From: Caulobacter vibrioides NA1000
GTDB taxonomy: Bacteria > Pseudomonadota > Alphaproteobacteria > Caulobacterales > Caulobacteraceae
Length of the DNA stretch: 32,000 nucleotides
Strand: one strand, 5' to 3'
Assembly (NCBI RefSeq): GCF_000022005.1
Contig: NC_011916.1
In this document: in pieces, positions 26,224 through 32,000 of the stretch
Numbering within the stretch: the stretch's first letter is position 1
How the letters are laid out: each line of letters opens with the position of its first letter
Program-made: the position numbers and the translations under genes
The notes under the pieces: generated by a model
Database searches by the model: none
Seen by the model: only the letters and a program-made list of their open reading frames with translations
Told to the model about the DNA's origin: nothing

Positions 26224-26481
26224 TTAAGCGAGGCGGAGACGGAGGGCCGCCTGGCGAGGCGCTTTGGCGAGACGCAGCCGGATGCGCGGCCCGAACTTGG
26301 TCGCCGAGGTCAGGCGGGCGACCATCCCCGCGTCTCCGGCCTTCGCGAACAGCCGGGTCGCGGCCGTCCACAGGGCTGTGGTCACCGGATGCGGCAGAAC
26401 GATCCCGGCCACGCCGCCGGCCAGCAGCAGGCTCCAGGCCAGGATGCGGAGCACGGCGCCGGAAAGGGGTGACAGGGTCAT
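26224..26481 (-). CDS. YbaN/DUF454-like small membrane protein (paralog B, diverged)
   Basis: 85 aa. GAGGAG lies about 10 nt upstream of the ATG. LLLAGGVAGIVLPHPVTTALWTAATRLFAK aligns with paralog A. Confidence 0.55.
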   Translation of the reverse strand: MTLSPLSGAVLRILAWSLLLAGGVAGIVLPHPVTTALWTAATRLFAKAGDAGMVARLTSATKFGPRIRLRLAKAPRQAALRLRLA

Positions 26482-26573
26482 GGCGAGAACTCCTCGGGGT
26501 TACGCCAAGACCTTCGCGCCGAGGGACTAATAAATCCAATTGATCGTTTTTCGCGGAGACATCGATCTTCCCT

Positions 26574-27560
26574 ATGCGACGAGCGCGCCGTTCGCAGGTT
26601 AAGCCTCGCCGCATGACCGCCGCCCAAAGCCCTCCTGGCGTCCTGCCGGACGCCGCCGCCACCAACTGGGTCGACCGCCATGCGCCGCAGCGCCTGCGGC
26701 CCTGGCTGAAGCTGGGCCGGTTCGACCGGCCGGTGGGGATCTGGCTCTTGATGCTGCCCGGCTGGCAGGGCATCGCCCTGGCCGCCGCCGAGCAGGGCCG
26801 CTGGCCCAATCCGCTGCTGCTGCTGGCCGTGTTCGTCGGCGCGGCCCTGATGCGGGCGGCCGGCTGCGCGTTCAACGACATCGTCGACCGCGACTTCGAC
26901 GCCCAGGTGGCCCGCACGGCGATGCGGCCGATCCCTGCGGGACTGATCAGCGTCAAGCAGGCCTGGCTGTTCGTGGTCGGCTGCTGCGGGGTCAGTTTCC
27001 TGATCCTGATTTGCCTCGGCTGGACCGCGATCCTGCTGGGCGTGCTGTCGCTCGCCCTCGTCGCCGCCTATCCGTTCATGAAGCGGATCACCTGGTGGCC
27101 GCAGGCGTGGCTGGGCCTGACCTTCAACTGGGGCGCTCTTTTGGGCTACGCCGCCGCGACGGGGCATCTGTCGTGGTCGGCCGCCCTGCTCTACGCCTCG
27201 GGCATTTTCTGGACCCTGGGCTACGACACGATCTACGCGATCCAGGACATCGAGGACGACGCCCTGGCGGGGATCAAGTCCTCGACCCGGCGCCTGGGCC
27301 AGCATGTCCAGATCGGCGTCGCCGGCTTCTATCTCGTCAGCTTCATCCTGCTGGTGATCGCCGGCTGGATGGGCGACATCGGCCCGCTGTTCCTGCCGCT
27401 GGCGGCCCTGTTCGCCCTGCACCTGTCGCGTCAGGCCGCCGCTGTGCGGATCGAAGACGGTCCCGGCGCGCTGAAGCTCTTCAAGTCAAACGCGCTGGCG
27501 GGCCTTCTGGTGTTCGCAGGCCTGGTGGCCGGGCTCTGGAAGCCGGGCGTCAGCTTCTAA
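26574..27560 (+). CDS. ubiA: 4-hydroxybenzoate polyprenyltransferase
   Basis: UbiA prenyltransferase with the Asp-rich motif NDIVDRDFDAQVARTAMRPIPAG and a second motif YAIQDIEDD. The start is either ATG 26574 or, giving a more typical length, ATG 26613 (MTAAQSPP). Confidence 0.92.
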   Translation: MRRARRSQVKPRRMTAAQSPPGVLPDAAATNWVDRHAPQRLRPWLKLGRFDRPVGIWLLMLPGWQGIALAAAEQGRWPNPLLLLAVFVGAALMRAAGCAFNDIVDRDFDAQVARTAMRPIPAGLISVKQAWLFVVGCCGVSFLILICLGWTAILLGVLSLALVAAYPFMKRITWWPQAWLGLTFNWGALLGYAAATGHLSWSAALLYASGIFWTLGYDTIYAIQDIEDDALAGIKSSTRRLGQHVQIGVAGFYLVSFILLVIAGWMGDIGPLFLPLAALFALHLSRQAAAVRIEDGPGALKLFKSNALAGLLVFAGLVAGLWKPGVSF

Positions 27561-27572
27561 CCTCAAACCCCT

Positions 27573-27679
27573 TGTCATCCCGGCCAAGCGCGAAGCGCGC
27601 AGAGCCGGGACCCAGGGGCCGCCGCACCGCCGCTCGCCCCTGGGTCCCGGATAGCCTCTGCGAGGCTTCCGGGATGACA
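27573..27679. repeat. Nested inverted-repeat (long hairpin / cruciform) intergenic element, family B
   Basis: The outer stem is TGTCATCCCGG (27573-27583) with CCGGGATGACA (27669-27679). The inner perfect 14-bp stem is CCGGGACCCAGGGG (27605-27618) with CCCCTGGGTCCCGG (27637-27650). There are also side hairpins (GCGCGAAGCGCGC; AGCCTCtgcGAGGCT). Confidence 0.55.
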
Positions 27680-27762
27680 CACCAAATTGCGTCAGAGGCG
27701 ACTCCATCTGGTGACGCAAGGTCACGCTGTTGAGCCCAGGCGGACTGTGCGATGCTCCGCAC

Positions 27763-28719
27763 ATGGCCGTCGCTCCACGCGTCAAACCGCTGGACCTGTT
27801 CACGCCCGAGGAATGGACGCGGATTTCCGCGCGCTCGTCCTGGCGGGGCATTTGGATGGTGGCCCACGCCTGGGGCGTGATCCTCGCCGCCGGGGCGCTG
27901 TTCGTCGCCTTCCCCAACCCGCTGACCTATGTCCTGGCTGTGATGCTGATCGGCGCGCGGCAGCTGGGTCTGGCGATCCTGATGCATGAGGCCGCGCACG
28001 GCGGCCTGCATCCCAAGCTCAAGGTCAATGACTGGCTGGGCGAGTGGCTGTGCGCCGCGCCGGTGGGCGCCTCGCTGGCCAGCTATCGCCCCTATCACCT
28101 CAGCCATCACAAATACGCCCAGCAGGCCGAGGATCCTGATCTGGTGCTCTCAGCGCCCTTCCCGACCACGCGGCGCTCGCTGCGCCGCAAGATGATCCGC
28201 GACCTGACCGGCCAGACCTTCTTCAAGCAGCGCTTCGGGCCGCTGCTGGGCAAGATGAAGGGCGCAAAGACCACGGGGCAGCCCAAGGGCGCGATCTTCG
28301 CCGGCGAGATCGCGCGGCAAAGGCCGTTCCTGCTGTGGAACCTCGGCATCCTGGTGGTGTTGTCGGCGCTTGGCCTGTGGTGGGCGTGGCCGGCGCTGTG
28401 GATCGTGCCGATGGCCACCTGGTTCCCGCTGGTCACGCGCCTGCGCAACATCGCCGAGCACGCCCTGGTGGCCAAGGACGAGCCCGACCCGTTCCGCCAC
28501 GCCCGCACCACAAACGCCAACTGGATCGAGCGCGCCCTGATTGCGCCCTACTACGTCAACTTCCACGCCGAACATCACATGTTCATGCACACCCCGTGCT
28601 GGAACCTGCCGTTGGCGCATCGGGTGCTGGAGAAGAAGGGCCTGACGCAGGGCATGCTGACAGCGCCGGGCTATCTGAGCGTGCTGAAGGCCGCATCGAG
28701 CAAACCGGTCGCGGCCTAG
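27763..28719 (+). CDS. membrane fatty-acid desaturase family protein (three His boxes)
   Basis: His boxes are HEAAH, HLSHH and HAEHH, with TM segments between them. The track ORF starts at TTG 27730. ATG 27763 (MAVAPRVKPLD) is an alternative start. Confidence 0.88.
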   Translation: MAVAPRVKPLDLFTPEEWTRISARSSWRGIWMVAHAWGVILAAGALFVAFPNPLTYVLAVMLIGARQLGLAILMHEAAHGGLHPKLKVNDWLGEWLCAAPVGASLASYRPYHLSHHKYAQQAEDPDLVLSAPFPTTRRSLRRKMIRDLTGQTFFKQRFGPLLGKMKGAKTTGQPKGAIFAGEIARQRPFLLWNLGILVVLSALGLWWAWPALWIVPMATWFPLVTRLRNIAEHALVAKDEPDPFRHARTTNANWIERALIAPYYVNFHAEHHMFMHTPCWNLPLAHRVLEKKGLTQGMLTAPGYLSVLKAASSKPVAA

Positions 28720-28743
28720 GGCGCCGCGTGCTTTAAGCGCGGC

Positions 28744-29403
28744 ATGATCGTCCAGACCCTGGAAGGCCGGCGGGCTTTTATCCGCGACAACACCCAGCTC
28801 TTGCCGCCGCCGCATGCGCCCGAACTGGCGCTGCATCTGGCCGACGAGGTCACGCCGCTGTGGAAGCTGACCGAGGAGGCGCTGGAGGAGATCGGCTTGC
28901 CGCCGCCCTTCTGGGCGTTCGCCTGGGCCGGCGGACAGGCCCTGGCGCGCTATATCCTCGATCATCCCGAAACGGTGGCCGGCAAGACCGTCTTCGACTT
29001 CGCCACCGGCTCGGGCCTGGTGGCCATCGCGGCGATGAAGGCGGGCGCCAAGAGCGTGCTGGCCAATGACATCGACGTCTTCTGCGAGGCGGCTGTGACC
29101 CTGAACGCCGAGGCCAACGGCGTCTTAGTCGCCTTCACCGAGGCCAATCTTCTAGGCGGCCCGCCGCCGGAGGCGCAGGTCCTGCTGGCCGGCGACATCT
29201 GCTACGAAAAGCCCATGGCCGAGGCGGTGATGGACTGGCTGCGTCGCGGCCGCGCCCAGGGTTCGACGGTGCTGATCGGCGATCCCGGCCGCACCTACTT
29301 CCGCAAGGACGACCTGGTGAAGCTGGCCGAGTACCAGGTCGAGACCACCCGCGAGCTCGAGGACATGGCCGTCAAGCGCACCAGCGTCTGGACTCTGCCT
29401 TGA
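28744..29403 (+). CDS. class I SAM-dependent methyltransferase (COG3897 / Nnt1-like)
   Basis: 219 aa with SAM motif I, VFDFATGSGLVAIAAMKAGA, followed by the acidic loop VLANDID. Confidence 0.85.
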   Translation: MIVQTLEGRRAFIRDNTQLLPPPHAPELALHLADEVTPLWKLTEEALEEIGLPPPFWAFAWAGGQALARYILDHPETVAGKTVFDFATGSGLVAIAAMKAGAKSVLANDIDVFCEAAVTLNAEANGVLVAFTEANLLGGPPPEAQVLLAGDICYEKPMAEAVMDWLRRGRAQGSTVLIGDPGRTYFRKDDLVKLAEYQVETTRELEDMAVKRTSVWTLP

Positions 29404-29447
29404 TGGCGAAATAGAACAATTCAGGAACATTCAGAACTGAGGCCACC

Positions 29448-29801
29448 ATGCGCGAAGACGGCAAGATCGACTATATTGAGTGGCCCGGCGGCGATCTGCC
29501 GGCGACCAAGGCCTTCTATTCCGCCGCGTTTGGCTGGACCTTCGCTGACTACGGTCCAGACTATGTGGCCTTCGAGGGCCAGGGAACCGATGGCGGCTTC
29601 GCCAAGCCGCAGGAGGGGTCCAGCGATCGACCGCTGGTGATCCTCTACGCCCACGACCTGGAGGCCATGCTGGACAAGGTCACGGCGGCCGGCGGGGTGA
29701 TCACCGCGCCGATCTTCAGCTTCCCGGGCGGGCGTCGCTTTCACTTCACCGACCCGTCGGGCAATGAGCTGGGCGTGTGGAGCGCCACCGGGGTCGAATA
29801 G
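29448..29801 (+). CDS. VOC (glyoxalase/bleomycin resistance) family protein
   Basis: 117 aa with a single VOC module (AKAFYSAAFGW ... GGRRFHFTDPSGNELGVWS). GAGG lies upstream of the ATG. Confidence 0.88.
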   Translation: MREDGKIDYIEWPGGDLPATKAFYSAAFGWTFADYGPDYVAFEGQGTDGGFAKPQEGSSDRPLVILYAHDLEAMLDKVTAAGGVITAPIFSFPGGRRFHFTDPSGNELGVWSATGVE

Positions 29802-29815
29802 GCGCTCGCGATCTG

Positions 29816-30685
29816 TCAGGGGGCGGCAAAGCGCGGGTGGAACTTGCGCGGACTCCAGCCAAAGTCCCGCGCCGCGTCGGTCGAGTCGAAGGTCAGGTCC
29901 TGGCCCATCCGGGTTCCCATGGCCGTCGTGGCGCCGGGATAGAACGGTTTGGCCAGGCGCATCAGCAGGCCAAACAGCCAGGTCGGCATCGGCAGACTGC
30001 GGGGCGTCTTGCCCAAGCCTTCAAACACGCGGTCGACCATGACGCGATAGGTGAGCGTCTCACCTCCGACGAGGTTATAGGCCTTGTCAGCGGCCGCAGG
30101 CGCATGGGCGGCGGCGAGGGCCCCGGCGGCCAGATCCTCGGCGTGGACCGGCTGGCGCAGCCCCTCCCCCGCGCCCGACAACGGCATGAAGTGAAAGCGG
30201 CGCACCAGCCGGGCGATGCGGCTGACATTCGCGTCGTGGCTTTCGTCATAGATCAGGGTGGGCCGCAGGATCGTCCAGGCGACCCCGTTGGCGGCGCACC
30301 AGGCCTCGACCGCCTGTTCCGCCTCGGTCAGCGCCGCCGCCACCGCGCGCTCGGCCGCGTCCGGCGAGGTCGTCTTGGTGAACCGGCTGGTCGAGGAAAA
30401 GGCGATCAGACGCGCCATGCCGCGCGCCTTCAGCGCCGGCAGGGCGGGCGGCAGGAGCCAGATCGGCGACAGCGAAAACACCGTCGCGGTCACCGGCAGG
30501 CGCTCGGCGAGGTCCGGGTCCTTCAGGTCGCCGCCGATCCAGCAGGCGTCGCCCGGCGGCGGGCGGCGGCTGAAGGCGACCGGATCCAGGCCCTCGTCCT
30601 TCAGCCGCGCCATCAGATGGCGCCCGATCAGGCTGGTCGCGCCCAGCACCAGCACCGGCGTCTTCAGGGTGTTCTCAGCGTCCAT
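29816..30685 (-). CDS. NAD(P)-dependent epimerase/dehydratase-type (atypical SDR) oxidoreductase
   Basis: 289 aa with the N-terminal Rossmann motif VLVLGATSLIGRHL. Convergent with the VOC gene across a 14-nt gap. Confidence 0.85.
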   Translation of the reverse strand: MDAENTLKTPVLVLGATSLIGRHLMARLKDEGLDPVAFSRRPPPGDACWIGGDLKDPDLAERLPVTATVFSLSPIWLLPPALPALKARGMARLIAFSSTSRFTKTTSPDAAERAVAAALTEAEQAVEAWCAANGVAWTILRPTLIYDESHDANVSRIARLVRRFHFMPLSGAGEGLRQPVHAEDLAAGALAAAHAPAAADKAYNLVGGETLTYRVMVDRVFEGLGKTPRSLPMPTWLFGLLMRLAKPFYPGATTAMGTRMGQDLTFDSTDAARDFGWSPRKFHPRFAAP

Positions 30686-30714
30686 TCGCCTCCTATAGTC
30701 CCGCGCGGGAGGGG

Positions 30715-31077
30715 TTGCCCATGACCTATGACGAGGTTCGCGCCTTTGCGTTTCGCCTGCCGGGCGTGAGCGACGGGACCAGCTATGGCCGGCCGTGCCT
30801 GAAGGCGCACGGCAAGTTCCTGACCCGCCTGTTCGAGGACGGCGAGAGCCTGGTCTGTCCGGCCGTGCCGTTCGACGAACGCGACATGCTGGTCGAGGCC
30901 GAGCCCGACATCTTCCATTTCACCGACCACTTCCGGAACTACCCTTATGTCCTGGTCCGCCTGGCGCAGGCGCATCCGGGCACGGTCGAGCGGCTGGTGA
31001 TGCGCCAGTGGCGCGCCACCGCGCCCAAGACGGTGCTAAAGGCCTGGGACGCCGCCCATCCGACGGAGATTCGATGA
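30715..31077 (+). CDS. MmcQ/YjbR family DNA-binding protein
   Basis: About 118-120 aa (TTG 30715 or ATG 30721). (M)[36 protein letters not shown] is the typical YjbR N-terminus. Confidence 0.85.
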   Translation: MPMTYDEVRAFAFRLPGVSDGTSYGRPCLKAHGKFLTRLFEDGESLVCPAVPFDERDMLVEAEPDIFHFTDHFRNYPYVLVRLAQAHPGTVERLVMRQWRATAPKTVLKAWDAAHPTEIR

Positions 31078-31730
31078 AAAGCCCGCTCGCCCTTTGGCGC
31101 ATCCTGATCGCGCTGGTCGCCTGCCTTGGCCCGCCCCTTCAGTACGGCCTGATGGTCTACGACGAAACCCTGGTGTCGGCGGCGGTGAAGTCGGTCGAGT
31201 TCTTCAGCTATTTCACGATCCTGACGAACCTGCTGGCCGCCGCGGCGCTGACCGCGCCCCTTGTCGCGCCCCAAAGCCGCTTCGCCGCCTGGGCCGAGCA
31301 AAGCGGTCCGCGCGCCGCGATCGCGACCTATCTGGCCATCACGGCGGTCGTCTATCACACCATGCTGGCCTCGCAGTGGGACCCGCAGGGCCTGCGCAAG
31401 GTCTCCGACACGATCCTGCACACCATCACCCCGATCGCCTTCCTGCTGGACGTGGCCCTGCGCGGCGGACAAGGCCCCGCGCGCTGGATCGTCGCCGCCA
31501 AGGCCATGGCCTTCCCGGCCCTGTTCGGGGTCTGGACCCTGCTCCACGGCGCCCTGACCAACTGGTATCCGTATCCGTTCATGAACGTCGCCAAGCGCGG
31601 CTATCCCAAGGTGCTGCTGACCATGGTCGAGATGAGCGTGGCCTTCGCGCTGGTCGCGCTGATCTTCATCGCCCTCTCGCGCGTTCGGGCCAGGGTGGCG
31701 CCCAGCCACAGCGAGCCCCTATCGGCCTGA
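31074..31730 (+). CDS. Pr6Pr (FAR-17a/AIG1-like) family membrane protein
   Basis: 218 aa from [14 protein letters not shown], with ATGA overlap on the YjbR stop. Six predicted TM helices and an [12 protein letters not shown] block. The upstream part of track ORF 30795-31730 is Arg/Gly junk. Confidence 0.75.
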   Translation: MKSPLALWRILIALVACLGPPLQYGLMVYDETLVSAAVKSVEFFSYFTILTNLLAAAALTAPLVAPQSRFAAWAEQSGPRAAIATYLAITAVVYHTMLASQWDPQGLRKVSDTILHTITPIAFLLDVALRGGQGPARWIVAAKAMAFPALFGVWTLLHGALTNWYPYPFMNVAKRGYPKVLLTMVEMSVAFALVALIFIALSRVRARVAPSHSEPLSA

Positions 31731-31750
31731 CGCCCTTTTCGGAGCCTTCG

Positions 31751-32000
31751 ATGTCCAAGCTTGTTCCCGCCGTCCGCTCGGGCGATGTCCTGATGCCCGC
31801 CCTGGGCTTTGGCACCTGGCAGCTGGAGAACGGAACCGCCGTTCCGCTGGTCGAAAAGGCCCTGGAGATCGGCTACCGCCACATCGACACCGCCCAGATC
31901 TACGGCAACGAGCGCGATGTCGGCGCGGCGATCAGGAACAGCGGGGTCAAGCGCGACGAGATCTTCCTGACCACCAAGGTCTGGATCGACCAGTTCGCGG
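31751..32000 (+). CDS. aldo/keto reductase (DkgA/B-like), 5' part only
   Basis: ATG 31751 with GGAG 7 nt upstream. [25 protein letters not shown]...[18 protein letters not shown] is the canonical AKR N-terminus with catalytic Asp/Tyr context. Truncated by the window end. Confidence 0.9.
   Translation, partial: MSKLVPAVRSGDVLMPALGFGTWQLENGTAVPLVEKALEIGYRHIDTAQIYGNERDVGAAIRNSGVKRDEIFLTTKVWIDQFA

Noticed and set aside
24107-26227. 706-aa plus-strand ORF opposite the ABC exporter and YbaN-like gene
   Set aside because: It is antisense to a gene with Walker A, signature and Walker B motifs. The translation is low-complexity Arg/Gly/Asp.
25835-26956. N-terminal extension making the ABC exporter ORF 971 aa
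   Set aside because: The extension is Arg/Pro/Gly-rich and runs over two separately supported YbaN-like genes in another frame. The conserved exporter begins at MTDMIEDEDE (25834).

Overview
High-GC (roughly two-thirds G+C) alphaproteobacterial chromosome segment. Gene content and order look like the conserved core of a Caulobacter-type genome. The left third is one long minus-strand housekeeping array: aa3-type cytochrome c oxidase genes ctaC-ctaD-ctaB-(small coxF-like ORF)-ctaG-ctaE, then DUF983-SURF1-thrC-M16 peptidase-GNAT. Divergent from it is a PadR / DUF1700(HAAS) / DUF2807(toastrack) three-gene module. Then follow tldD, a second GNAT, a POT peptide transporter, gshA, rsmE, ppk2, DUF1801, a secreted S10 serine carboxypeptidase and a large polytopic membrane protein. 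The right end holds an MsbA-like ABC exporter preceded by two tandem YbaN-like mini-proteins, ubiA, a membrane desaturase, a methyltransferase, VOC, SDR, YjbR, Pr6Pr and the start of an aldo-keto reductase. I found no rRNA, tRNA, CRISPR array, integrase, transposase, phage gene or recognisable defence or toxin gene. I do not see a convincing novel multi-gene system; this reads as an ordinary core region. The items worth a second look are small or non-coding. (1) A densely structured 287-nt orphan intergenic region (14500-14786) with a terminator whose orientation disagrees with both flanking genes. (2) The uncharacterised PadR-HAAS-toastrack module. (3) Three copies of one palindromic intergenic repeat family plus two other structured repeat-like elements. 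(4) Two small ORFs missing from the ORF track (6210-6371, 16965-17108). (5) Tandem half-size YbaN paralogs upstream of the ABC exporter. (6) A desaturase with Des1-like histidine-box spacing. Many long ORFs in the track are antisense or alternate-frame artefacts of the high GC content. The track also uses GTG/TTG starts, so several N-termini were trimmed by hand. Hand-derived coordinates may be off by 1-2 nt.
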